A DNA stretch of 34,238 nt from an archaeon (GTDB lineage: Archaea; Thermoplasmatota; Thermoplasmata; WALJ01). The notes below the pieces were generated by a model. It was not told the DNA's origin. It made no database searches and saw only the letters and a program-made list of their open reading frames with translations. Location of the stretch: positions 1 through 34,238 of the forward strand of contig JAJRVK010000073.1 of assembly GCA_024277315.1 (NCBI GenBank). The letters run 5' to 3'. The position numbers and the translations under genes were made by a program. How positions within the stretch are numbered: the first letter of the stretch is position 1; the number at the start of each line of letters is the position of its first letter. Shown here piece after piece: positions 19,388 to 28,652 of the stretch.

Positions 19388-20357
19388 TCCAGATTCCGAA
19401 GGCCTTTAGCATGGCTTCAAGGAATAGGTAGATACCGAGAATCGACATGCTCAGGGAAAGGAACACGAAAAGGATGGTGCCCAGACCGAAAGCAACCTTG
19501 AGAGCGCTCGACAGAAGAAAAACGGATATGAGCAGGAGCAAAAATCTCCGATCGATATCCGGAAGTCTCACCTTCTTTTTCTCCTGATTACAGGATATTC
19601 TGAGGTTCCTGTAAAGGATGAAAAACAGCAGGAGATATATGAGCCATGTGAGAAACTGGGTACTCGGGCCCGGCATATACCGGGAGTTCATGTAGGCACC
19701 GAAGAGAAGGTATACGAAAAGCAGAAGCATACCTGTGATAACCATCCCCCTTCTTTTCGGGAGAAGCTCGGCAATTCCGTGTCTGTTTCCGTGCAATAGC
19801 CCCCTCCAGAGTGAAATAGATATTATTATGACGGCCATCCCAGAAACCTCGGAAAGCAGGGTGACGGTCCAGGGTGTGGATGCGACCCAGAGAAGTCCGA
19901 GGCAGAGTGCTCCAAACAGAAGGCTTCTGCGGAACAGCGGCTCTTCGGACACAATCCGTCTGACCCTGGACGGCATGTAGGAAAGAATGTCCCTGGAAGA
20001 GGTGAGGAGCACCTCCGATACCGTGAGCGAGAGGATGAAGGATATGAAGGAATGGAAGAACAGAACCAGAAGGAGGAACGGGAAGATATATATCCCGCCA
20101 ACAGAGGCCGTACCATGGGCCCAGTCGGCAGACCCCCATATCACCTTGGTTATGTAAGTTTCATACATACCGAAAAGCATCCCCGCAGGATAGAGCACAT
20201 AGATCACGGGCCTGCCATATCTGAATACGATGGAGCCGAGAAAAAGTATGTGAAGCAGATATATGGGAAAGACCACGAGCCAGCCAACAGGGGTGAAGAA
20301 TGCGAAGGGTGTGGAGCCTGATATGACCTCTGCGAAGAATGTGGAGACCATTCCCAT
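19377..20357 (-). CDS. Uncharacterised multi-pass membrane protein
   Basis: 326-aa ORF with about 9-10 hydrophobic segments; frame stays open upstream to an ATC at 20405 behind an AAGGAG RBS. Confidence 0.8.
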   Translation of the reverse strand: MGMVSTFFAEVISGSTPFAFFTPVGWLVVFPIYLLHILFLGSIVFRYGRPVIYVLYPAGMLFGMYETYITKVIWGSADWAHGTASVGGIYIFPFLLLVLFFHSFISFILSLTVSEVLLTSSRDILSYMPSRVRRIVSEEPLFRRSLLFGALCLGLLWVASTPWTVTLLSEVSGMAVIIISISLWRGLLHGNRHGIAELLPKRRGMVITGMLLLFVYLLFGAYMNSRYMPGPSTQFLTWLIYLLLFFILYRNLRISCNQEKKKVRLPDIDRRFLLLLISVFLLSSALKVAFGLGTILFVFLSLSMSILGIYLFLEAMLKAFGIWITS

Positions 20358-20551
20358 GATAATCCAGAATAGAACTCTCAGTCTCCGAGGAGGCCCGTTC
20401 TCGATTTATTCTCCTTTCATCGGGAATAGAACCGCAACTTCCTATATATCATTTCGGACACGGACGGCCGGGATTTCTCTTTATGACCGATATTCGATTC
20501 AAAGACCATGAAAAATGATTCATTTAAGTATGTCTGGAATCTTCTGTTTTG

Positions 20552-20589
20552 AACATGAATACTCATATTTGACCTTTATGCTTTATATA
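20552..20589 (+). promoter_or_regulatory. Imperfect palindrome AACATGAATACTCATATT just upstream of the TTTATATA box of the cutA operon
   Basis: 14/18 positions self-complementary (20552-20569); TATA box at 20582-20589. Confidence 0.45.
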
Positions 20590-20618
20590 TGTCCATCAAC
20601 CCTCCCATAAAGGCGATA

Positions 20619-20948
20619 ATGATGGCAGAGCACATTCAGGTTCTCACAACCACCGAAAGCGAGGAGGATGCGCGCAGGATAGCCAGAGCGCTTCTGGATA
20701 AAAAGCTGGCAGCCTGCTTGCAGATAATCGGCCCGATTAAGAGCATATACAGATGGAAGGGAGAGATTGTGGAAGGCGAGGAGTGGCTCTGCCTGATAAA
20801 GACCCGCAGCGAGCTCTATCAAAGGGTGGAGAGGGAGATTCTCGAGATGCATCCATATGAGGTCCCCGAGATAATAGCGGTCCCTGTCTCTAACGGACAT
20901 TCCGAGTATCTGAGATGGATTGACGAATGTACGGAGGTGCGATATTGA
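20619..20948 (+). CDS. cutA: Divalent-cation tolerance protein CutA
   Basis: KLAACLQI, SIYRWKG, HPYEVPEII, YLRWI. Confidence 0.95.
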   Translation: MMAEHIQVLTTTESEEDARRIARALLDKKLAACLQIIGPIKSIYRWKGEIVEGEEWLCLIKTRSELYQRVEREILEMHPYEVPEIIAVPVSNGHSEYLRWIDECTEVRY

Positions 20949-21913
20949 GGTATTATGAGAGCATACTGGATACCGTGGGCAATACCCCTCTGGTGCGACT
21001 TAACAGGGTCGCCGAGGGAATAAGTGCGACGGTTCTCGCAAAGGTGGAGTACTTCAACCCCGGTGGAAGCATCAAGGACAGGATAGCGATTTACATGATA
21101 GAGGATGCGGAGAGGAAGGGTCTCCTGAAGCAGGGTGGAACAATAGTGGAACCCACATCCGGAAACACAGGCGTCGGTATCGCGCTCGTTGCGGCGATAA
21201 AGGGATACAGGATGATATTCACCATGCCTGACAAGATGAGCATGGAGAAGGAGATGCTTCTCAGGGCATACGGTGCCGAGGTCATAAGATGTCCCACGGA
21301 TGTGCCTCCGGATGACCCTGAGAGCTATTACAAGGTCGCGGAAAGCCTTGTGAAGGAGATTCCCGGGGCCTTCTCACCCAACCAGTACTTCAACGAGAAC
21401 AACCCGAGAGCGCACTATGAGACGACAGGGCCGGAGATATGGAGGGACACCGACGGAAAGATAACGCATCTGGTCGCGGGTGTGGGAACCGGCGGCACGA
21501 TAACGGGTATCGGCAGATACCTGAAGGAAAGGAATCCTGACATAAAGGTCATAGGAGTGGATTCCGAGGGCTCCATATACTATCCGAGATTCCACGGAAT
21601 CGATGGAGACATACGCCCTTACAAGGTGGAGGGCATAGGAGAGGATTTCATACCCGAGACAGTGGATATGAGCATAATAGATGATATGGTGGTGGTCAGC
21701 GACAGGGATGCCTTCCTTATGACGAGGAGACTGGCAAGAGAGGAGGGCATACTGGCGGGAGGCTCCTCTGGAGCGGCTGTTCATGGAGCGCTCCGCATAG
21801 CCGGAGAACTGGATGAGGGTGCTCTGGTGGTTGTGATACTGCCCGACACAGGCAGGAACTATCTGAGCAAGATATTCAATGACGAGTGGATGGGAGAGGA
21901 GGGATATATATGA
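20945..21913 (+). CDS. Cystathionine beta-synthase-like PLP enzyme (MccA/CBS catalytic core)
   Basis: NPGGSIKDR, EPTSGNTG, GVGTGGT, CBS-type YKVEGIGEDF, PDTGRNYLSKIFND; TTG start overlaps cutA TGA, GGAGGTG RBS. Confidence 0.85.
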   Translation: MRYYESILDTVGNTPLVRLNRVAEGISATVLAKVEYFNPGGSIKDRIAIYMIEDAERKGLLKQGGTIVEPTSGNTGVGIALVAAIKGYRMIFTMPDKMSMEKEMLLRAYGAEVIRCPTDVPPDDPESYYKVAESLVKEIPGAFSPNQYFNENNPRAHYETTGPEIWRDTDGKITHLVAGVGTGGTITGIGRYLKERNPDIKVIGVDSEGSIYYPRFHGIDGDIRPYKVEGIGEDFIPETVDMSIIDDMVVVSDRDAFLMTRRLAREEGILAGGSSGAAVHGALRIAGELDEGALVVVILPDTGRNYLSKIFNDEWMGEEGYI

Positions 21914-22743
21914 ACGCAACTATGGAAGAAGATAAGATAAGGGGGATATACAATCGGACGGCACGGGAATATGAGAATCACGTGACACCCTGCAAAATGT
22001 GCCAGTACATGATCCTCCTGCATGAACTAGAACTTAAAGGAGACGAGAAGGTGCTTGAACTGGGTTCTGGTCCCGGCCAGCTTTCCATTGAGATAGCCAA
22101 GAGGCTGAAGACCGGGGGCGTGACAGGCCTGGATATATCGGAAAGTATGGTGCGGATAGCCACCGAAAAGGTCGAAAGAGAGGGAATGAAAAATATCAGA
22201 TTTTTTGTAGGGAGAATAGAGGATTTCAGCGGTGAAGACGGCAGTTTCGATGTCTGTGTAAACTCCTATCTCATCCACTGGATAAACGATGCGAATTCGT
22301 TTCTGAGAAGCATCCACAGAGTTCTGAGGGTCGGCGGAAAACTGGGCATAATATCCCCATCCACCGAGTGGTACAGAGAGATAAGACAGGCATACCGGAA
22401 GGTGATGGCCAGATACGGTGAACATCTTCCCAGACACCTTCTCGAAGAGCCTGTGGGATTGAGGATATACACGGAAGAGGAGCTTCACGACCTTTTGGTT
22501 TCCGCGGGATTCGAAATATCCAAATCCATAGCATTCAGATTCCGGGAAGCCATACCGATAGAGGAGTGCTTCAGACGGATTGCCGCAAAGAGCGGCGAAG
22601 AATACCTCTCGTTCCTTCCCGAGGAGATTTCCAGAAATATACGCGAGGAGATTATGGAGGAAATAGTACAGGTTGCCGATAACCTTAATACGACCGAATC
22701 AGGGTACATCATAATAGCAAGCAGGTGTGAAAATGAGATTTGA
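21910..22743 (+). CDS. Class I SAM-dependent methyltransferase with N-terminal CxxC
   Basis: VLELGSGPG, GLDISESM, SFDV, RVLRVGG; TPCKMCQ; ATGA overlap with upstream gene. Confidence 0.88.
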   Translation: MNATMEEDKIRGIYNRTAREYENHVTPCKMCQYMILLHELELKGDEKVLELGSGPGQLSIEIAKRLKTGGVTGLDISESMVRIATEKVEREGMKNIRFFVGRIEDFSGEDGSFDVCVNSYLIHWINDANSFLRSIHRVLRVGGKLGIISPSTEWYREIRQAYRKVMARYGEHLPRHLLEEPVGLRIYTEEELHDLLVSAGFEISKSIAFRFREAIPIEECFRRIAAKSGEEYLSFLPEEISRNIREEIMEEIVQVADNLNTTESGYIIIASRCENEI

Positions 22744-23887
22744 AACCAAGGCCATACGCATCGGAGAGGAGCCGGACATCGAGAACGGAAGCGGAGATGT
22801 GGTCTCTCCGATACATCTTTCCACGACATTTGCCAGAAAACGCGTGGACATGCTGCCCGGAGGCTATGAGTACTCAAGAACAGCTAATCCCACAAGGGAC
22901 GCTCTGGAGAGAAAGCTGGCAGCTCTGGAAGACGCCCGCTTCGGTCTGGCATTCTCCTCCGGAATGGCAACCGAGACCACCGCTCTGCTGGCGCTCCTCA
23001 GGAGCGGAGACCATGTCATAGCCTTCGATGACCTGTACGGGGGAACAAAGAGGCTGTTCAGGACATTCGGGAGAAACTTCGGTGTGGACTTCACATATGT
23101 GGACGCAAGGGATCCAGATGAGGTTGCCTCTGCAGTAAAAGATAACACCAGAATGATATGGCTCGAGACGCCGACGAACCCGCTCATGAAGATGTGCGAT
23201 ATAGAGGAGATCTCGGAGATTGCACACGATAAAGGCATCATTGTGGCGGTTGACAACACCTTCGCCACTCCCTATTTCCAGAACCCACTGAAACTCGGCG
23301 CAGACATAGTCGTCCACAGCACCACCAAGTACATCAACGGACACAGCGACTCAGTGGGCGGGGCGATAATGCTTTCGGACGAGGAGATGCACGAAAGACT
23401 GAGGTTCCATCAGAACTCCAGCGGAGCCATCCTGTCGCCCTTCGACAGCTACATGACTCTCAGGGGCATAAAGACACTGGCCGTGCGGATGAGGGAGCAC
23501 GAGAGAAATGCCATGAGGATTGCGGAGTATCTGGAATCCCATCCGAAGGTGAGGCGGGTCTATTATCCTGGTCTGGAGAGCCATCCCCAGCATGGGCTAG
23601 CAAAGAAGCAGATGTCCGGATACGGGGGCATGATATCCTTCGAGATATATGACACTGTGAAGGATGCCACGAAGTTCGCCGAATCGCTGAGACTGTTCTC
23701 TCTGGCCGAAAGTCTCGGCGGAGTCGAGTCTCTAATAGAGATTCCGGCCCTCATGACCCACTCTTCTGTGCCGGAGGAGGAGCGAAGGCACATAGGCATA
23801 TCGGACACGCTGATAAGGATGTCGGTCGGCATAGAGAACGTTGAAGATCTGATTGAGGACATCGAAGGGGCCATGGAGGCCCTGTGA
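22733..23887 (+). CDS. Cystathionine gamma-lyase/synthase (Cys/Met metabolism PLP enzyme, MccB/MetB-like)
   Basis: [58 protein letters not shown]. Confidence 0.93.
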   Translation: MRFETKAIRIGEEPDIENGSGDVVSPIHLSTTFARKRVDMLPGGYEYSRTANPTRDALERKLAALEDARFGLAFSSGMATETTALLALLRSGDHVIAFDDLYGGTKRLFRTFGRNFGVDFTYVDARDPDEVASAVKDNTRMIWLETPTNPLMKMCDIEEISEIAHDKGIIVAVDNTFATPYFQNPLKLGADIVVHSTTKYINGHSDSVGGAIMLSDEEMHERLRFHQNSSGAILSPFDSYMTLRGIKTLAVRMREHERNAMRIAEYLESHPKVRRVYYPGLESHPQHGLAKKQMSGYGGMISFEIYDTVKDATKFAESLRLFSLAESLGGVESLIEIPALMTHSSVPEEERRHIGISDTLIRMSVGIENVEDLIEDIEGAMEAL

Positions 23888-23904
23888 ATGTTGGGGTGAA
23901 TGAA

Positions 23905-26598
23905 ATGGGGGATAAAGAGGCTAAAAAGGCCGAGATAAAGATATCGGGCATGTCGTGTGCCACCTGCGCGATAACGATAGAGAAATCCCTCTCTTCCCTG
24001 GAAGGCGTCAACCACGCAAAGGTCAATCTCGGAACGGAAACTGCGGTTGTGGAGTACGACCCTGAAAAGGTTGACATGGGCAGCTTGGAGAAGGCGGTGA
24101 AATCAGCGGGCTACGATGTGGTCAACGGGAAAGCAACCGTTAAGATGGGCGGAATGACATGCGCGAGCTGCGTCAGGACCATCGAGAACGCCCTGAAAAG
24201 ACTGGACGGGATAGTGGAGGTGAATGTGAACCCCGGTGCCGAGAAGGCATACATAGTTTTCAATCCGAAGATGACGGGTCTGTCCGAGATAAAGGAGGCG
24301 ATAGAGGGTGCGGGCTACAGATATCTGGGTCTTGAAGGCGAGGAAGAGGATGCGGAGAAGGAAATAAGGGAAAAGGACCTGAGAGGAAAGCTGCACAGGA
24401 TAATCATAGGCTTTGCGGTGGGCATACCGATGATGCTGCTGACCCATGTCCCCGTCGAAGTGCCCATACCCATGCCGTATCTCATGCTCATAATATCCGC
24501 TCCTGTTTTTCTGTACCTCAGTTATCCGATATTCTCCGCTGCTTACCATGCGCTCCTGAACAGAAACCTGAACATGGATGTCATGTACTCGATGGGCATA
24601 GGCGTGGCCTTCGTGGCGAGCATCTTCGGAACATTCGGAGTTGTTCTCTCGAAGGACTTTCTTTTCTATGACACCGCAATACTGCTGGCCACCTTCCTGA
24701 TGATGGGGAGATATCTCGAGGCGAAAGCGAAGGGAAGGACATCCGAGGCGATAAAGAAGCTGATCGGTCTCCAGCCCAAGACTGCGACGGTCATAAGGGA
24801 CGGAAAGGAGGCGGAGGTTCCGATAGAGTATGTTGGGGCCGGCGACATAATACTTGTCAAACCCGGGGAGAGGATACCGGTGGACGGAGAGGTCGTGGCA
24901 GGCGAGAGCTATGTCGATGAGTCCATGATAACGGGCGAGCCCATACCTGTTATGAAAAGAAGAGGTGACACGGTCATCGGAGGGACGGTCAATACGAACG
25001 GCGTGCTCAGATTCAGGGCCACGAAGGTGGGAAAGGATACTGTACTCGCACAGATAATAAAACTCGTGGAGGAGGCACAGGGCTCGAAGCCGCAGGTGCA
25101 GAGGATTGCAGACAGGGTCGTCGCATATTTCATCCCCGCCGTCCTGGGGATAGCCCTGTTTTCCTTCATGCTCTGGTATCTTATCATGGGCAACACGCTT
25201 CTATTCGCTCTGACAACCCTGATATCGGTCCTTGTCATAGCATGTCCCTGCGCTCTGGGTCTCGCAACACCCACAGCTGTCACGGTGGGCATCGGAAGGG
25301 GTGCGGAGCTCGGCATCCTCATAAAGAACGGCGAGGCACTTGAGATATCGGAGAAGATAACGACCGTCGTGTTCGACAAAACCGGGACTCTGACCGAGGG
25401 AAGGCCGGATGTGACCGACATAGTGGCCATCGATATGAAGGAAGATGAGCTGCTCGGAATCGCCGCAAGTCTGGAGAAGAACTCCGAGCACCCTCTTGGA
25501 GATGCGGTGGTGAAGAAAGCCGGGGAGAGAGGCATCCCGTTGAGAGATGTTGAGAATTTCAGGGCGATAAGCGGAAAAGGGGTCATCGGCAGGATAGACG
25601 GCATCGAGATCATGGTCGGGAACAGGATGCTTTTCATGGAAAAGGGACTGAGGTACCCTGAAGATATGGAGAAGACCGTTCTGAAGCTTGAAAAAGAGGG
25701 AAAGACCGTGGTCATCGTCGCATTCGATGGCAGAATAGCCGGCCTGATAGCCATAGCCGACAGGATAAAGGAGAGCGCAAAGGATGCCGTCAGGGAGCTC
25801 AAAGGCATGGGGATAAAGGTTGCCATGATAACAGGCGATAACAGAAGAACGGCCAAGGCGGTTGCGAAAAAGCTCGGCATAGACAGAGTTTTCGCAGAGG
25901 TCTTTCCAAGGGATAAGGCGAACGAGGTGAAAAAGCTCCAGAAATCCAGAGAAACTGTCGCATTTGTCGGAGACGGAATAAACGATGCTCCGGCCATGGC
26001 ACAGGCGGATGTCGGCATAGCGCTCGGAAGCGGCACAGACATAGCAATGGAAAGCGGGGATATCGTCCTTATGAAAGATGATCTGAAAGATGTTGTTGCC
26101 GGAATCCAGCTGAGCAGAAAGGTCATGTCCAGGATAAAACAGAACCTCTTCTGGGCATTCGCATACAACACGGCACTGATTCCCGTGGCTGCCGGATTCC
26201 TTTACCCGATATACGGAATAACATTCAGACCCGAGCTTGCGGGTCTGGCGATGGCGATGAGCTCCGTCACCGTCGTGATCCTCTCTCTGACTCTGAAAAG
26301 GTATGTCCCCTCCCGGAAAGAAGAGAGGAGGGGGAGAATGATAGAGACACTCACCGTAATGGCCTGTCCACACTGCGTGGAATCCTATGATGTGGATATG
26401 CCCACGGACCGCTGCGTTGTTATATTTACCTGCCCGAGGTGCGGTGGAAACATAGTCCCGAAAAAGGGGATTGCTGCGTTTTCTGCTCCTATGCGGATAA
26501 AAAATTCCCCAGAAAACAGGAGGAAAATAAAAGGAGGTGAAATGCTGAACGACAGTTCGGCAGAGGCCTCCGCAATCAAAAACAAAGAAAGGAGGTGA
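23905..26598 (+). CDS. copA: Cu(I)-translocating P1B-1 ATPase with two HMA domains; as sequenced it reads into a Cys-rich C-terminal extension
   Basis: [50 protein letters not shown]; ATPase core ends near 26335. Confidence 0.95.
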   Translation: MGDKEAKKAEIKISGMSCATCAITIEKSLSSLEGVNHAKVNLGTETAVVEYDPEKVDMGSLEKAVKSAGYDVVNGKATVKMGGMTCASCVRTIENALKRLDGIVEVNVNPGAEKAYIVFNPKMTGLSEIKEAIEGAGYRYLGLEGEEEDAEKEIREKDLRGKLHRIIIGFAVGIPMMLLTHVPVEVPIPMPYLMLIISAPVFLYLSYPIFSAAYHALLNRNLNMDVMYSMGIGVAFVASIFGTFGVVLSKDFLFYDTAILLATFLMMGRYLEAKAKGRTSEAIKKLIGLQPKTATVIRDGKEAEVPIEYVGAGDIILVKPGERIPVDGEVVAGESYVDESMITGEPIPVMKRRGDTVIGGTVNTNGVLRFRATKVGKDTVLAQIIKLVEEAQGSKPQVQRIADRVVAYFIPAVLGIALFSFMLWYLIMGNTLLFALTTLISVLVIACPCALGLATPTAVTVGIGRGAELGILIKNGEALEISEKITTVVFDKTGTLTEGRPDVTDIVAIDMKEDELLGIAASLEKNSEHPLGDAVVKKAGERGIPLRDVENFRAISGKGVIGRIDGIEIMVGNRMLFMEKGLRYPEDMEKTVLKLEKEGKTVVIVAFDGRIAGLIAIADRIKESAKDAVRELKGMGIKVAMITGDNRRTAKAVAKKLGIDRVFAEVFPRDKANEVKKLQKSRETVAFVGDGINDAPAMAQADVGIALGSGTDIAMESGDIVLMKDDLKDVVAGIQLSRKVMSRIKQNLFWAFAYNTALIPVAAGFLYPIYGITFRPELAGLAMAMSSVTVVILSLTLKRYVPSRKEERRGRMIETLTVMACPHCVESYDVDMPTDRCVVIFTCPRCGGNIVPKKGIAAFSAPMRIKNSPENRRKIKGGEMLNDSSAEASAIKNKERR
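26338..26540 (+). other. GDCCVxC-family Cys-rich small protein/domain split by a -1 frameshift at 26463-26469
   Basis: 0-frame [44 protein letters not shown] continues in the -1 frame as [23 protein letters not shown] (TGA 26538-26540); own GGAGGGGG RBS before ATG 26338. Confidence 0.8.
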
Positions 26599-26603
26599 AA
26601 AAA

Positions 26604-26789
26604 ATGGCCATAGATCCGGTATGTAAGATGGAAGTGGATGAAAAGACGGCCGAATTCGTCACGGAGTACAATGGAAAGAAGTACTATTTCTGCGCTCCGG
26701 GATGCAAGAAATCCTTTGAAAAGAACCCCGAGAAATACATAGGCTCGGAGCACGAAGGACACCACCATCACGGCTGTTGCGGGCACTGA
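26604..26789 (+). CDS. YHS/TRASH-domain metal chaperone with His/Cys-rich tail
   Basis: DPVCKMEV...YYFCAPGCKKSFEKNPEKY followed by HEGHHHHGCCGH; GGAGGTGA RBS. Confidence 0.92.
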   Translation: MAIDPVCKMEVDEKTAEFVTEYNGKKYYFCAPGCKKSFEKNPEKYIGSEHEGHHHHGCCGH

Positions 26790-26838
26790 AGGTGCCTGTA
26801 AACCCTTTATTTATTTATATCTATGAGGATTCGCAGCC

Positions 26839-27621
26839 GTGAGAATCGCTCTGAAGTTTGCCTATGACGGTACGAAATTCCGCGGATATGCCAGACAGTC
26901 GGAAGTGAAAACCGTAGAAGGGGAGATACTCAGAGCTCTTGATAAGATAGGCGCAAGGCACCTAAGGTTCAGATGCGCAAGCAGGACCGACAAAGGCGTG
27001 AGCGCTCTCGGGAATGTCATAGCCTTCGATACCAATTTCAGAGCCGAAGAGATATGCTCCGCCCTCAACGCAAATCTCGAAGACATCTATTTTTTCGGAT
27101 ATGCAAGGGCACCTCTGGAATTCAATCCGAGATATGCCGAGGAGCGCTGGTACAGATATCATCTGCACGGAAGGCACGATATATCTCTTTTCGGAAAAAT
27201 CGCCGACCTCTTTGTGGGAGAACATGATTTCTCATCCTTCGCGCGCATGGAAGAAGGCCGGAACCCGATAAGAAAGGTGAAAGCGGTGAGCATATCGAAG
27301 GAGGATGATTTCACAACGATAGACATAAAGGCGCAGAGCTTTCTGTGGCAGATGGTAAGGAGGATGGTGGGAGCGATGCTCTCCGTGGAAAAGGGAGATA
27401 GAACCATAGAAGACGTAGAGAGAGCAATAAACGGAGAGAGAATAATCTTCGGCATAGCGCCTCCGGAACCGCTGTTCCTGATGGATGTGAGATACAGTAA
27501 GCTCGATTTCATGGATATTGGGCCACCGGAAAGAGTGGAGGATATGAGGAAGAGCACTCTTCTGAAGCTCAGGTTCCTGGAATATCTGATCGGTCGAAAA
27601 ACCCCTCCGAAATCCCGTTAG
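26839..27621 (+). CDS. truA: tRNA pseudouridine(38-40) synthase
   Basis: AYDGTKFRG, ASRTDKGVSA, GEHDFSSF, SFLWQMVRRMVG. Confidence 0.95.
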   Translation: MRIALKFAYDGTKFRGYARQSEVKTVEGEILRALDKIGARHLRFRCASRTDKGVSALGNVIAFDTNFRAEEICSALNANLEDIYFFGYARAPLEFNPRYAEERWYRYHLHGRHDISLFGKIADLFVGEHDFSSFARMEEGRNPIRKVKAVSISKEDDFTTIDIKAQSFLWQMVRRMVGAMLSVEKGDRTIEDVERAINGERIIFGIAPPEPLFLMDVRYSKLDFMDIGPPERVEDMRKSTLLKLRFLEYLIGRKTPPKSR

Positions 27622-27662
27622 CAATCCCAAAACTAATTTAAACCATGTGTATATGGGCATTC

Positions 27663-28175
27663 ATGACCGTCGCAGAAAGAACAGTAAGGCCGGAACTGGA
27701 CGAGTACTTCATGATGATGGCAGTTCTCGTGGCATCACGTTCCACATGCATAAGGAGAAAGGTCGGAGCCGTAATAGTCAAGGACAAAAGGGTGCTCAGC
27801 ACGGGATACAACGGACCGCCGAAAGGAATGAAGCACTGCGATGAAACGGGCTGTCTCAGGGAAAAACTGAATGTCCCGTCCGGACAAAGACACGAGCTGT
27901 GCAGAGGATTGCATGCTGAGCAGAATGCAGTGATACAGGCGGCGGTCTTCGGTACGAGCATAGAGGGTGCCGCCATATACGTAACCAATCACCCGTGCAG
28001 TGTCTGTACGAAGATACTGATAAATGCCGGAATAAAGGAGATAGTTTACGGAGAGTACTATCACGACGAGCTTGCCGAGCAGATTCTGGCGGAATCTGGT
28101 GTGAAGGTAAGACAGTTCAAGGCACCGGAGTGGAGGGACTTTGAGAAATACCTCGCTGGGCTGCACGGGTTCTAA
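27663..28175 (+). CDS. dCMP deaminase (ComEB-like)
   Basis: [28 protein letters not shown]. Confidence 0.92.
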   Translation: MTVAERTVRPELDEYFMMMAVLVASRSTCIRRKVGAVIVKDKRVLSTGYNGPPKGMKHCDETGCLREKLNVPSGQRHELCRGLHAEQNAVIQAAVFGTSIEGAAIYVTNHPCSVCTKILINAGIKEIVYGEYYHDELAEQILAESGVKVRQFKAPEWRDFEKYLAGLHGF

Positions 28176-28176
28176 C

Positions 28177-28641
28177 TTATCCTCTTATGCACCTTCCAAT
28201 ATTTAACGATTTTTTAACATGTCTAATATACACTTCCATATCTCCAAGTTTTTTCTTTATATCTTCGCTTTTAGGTATTGGCGCAGATCCATGACTTATA
28301 ATGATTGCAATCCAAATAAAATTAACGTTATGTGCCTTGTTTATTATTTTTTTCTTAGTCTCTACTATTTGCTCAACAGCATCATTTATCATGTTTCCTT
28401 TTATTTCGACCAGCCCTATTCTGGTATCTGTCTTTTTATAATACACCAATAAATCACAAACGCGCCCTCCTCCAGATTTTTGATTAAATTTACAGTCTTT
28501 ATTTTTTTGATTATCTATGCTGAAAAACTCTACAGTTTCTCCAGTTTGAACATCCATCGTAACAACAATTTTTTCCTTAAACCGAGTTTTAGGAATCAAG
28601 CAGCCATCCAGAAGTTCGCCTAAAAAGTATGTTAAAGACAC
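28177..28641 (-). CDS. Low-GC hypothetical protein with a PD-(D/E)xK-like nuclease motif
   Basis: RVCDLLVYY...IGLVEIKG...DAVEQIVET; GTG start with GGTGG RBS 11 nt after the ATPase stop. Confidence 0.7.
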   Translation of the reverse strand: MSLTYFLGELLDGCLIPKTRFKEKIVVTMDVQTGETVEFFSIDNQKNKDCKFNQKSGGGRVCDLLVYYKKTDTRIGLVEIKGNMINDAVEQIVETKKKIINKAHNVNFIWIAIIISHGSAPIPKSEDIKKKLGDMEVYIRHVKKSLNIGRCIRG

Positions 28642-28652
28642 ACTACCACCTT

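Noticed and set aside
24909..26373. Long antisense ORFs (420 and 390 aa) opposite copA, and similar ones opposite copB, korA and purH
   Set aside because: Shadow frames of codon-biased genes; no recognisable motifs
26338..26540. Selenocysteine recoding in the GDCCVxC protein
   Set aside because: No in-frame TGA at a Cys position; the terminal TGA is part of an RBS
27663..28175. dCMP deaminase as part of the defence cassette
   Set aside because: Host-like GC, opposite strand, follows truA, ordinary ComEB type without a kinase domain
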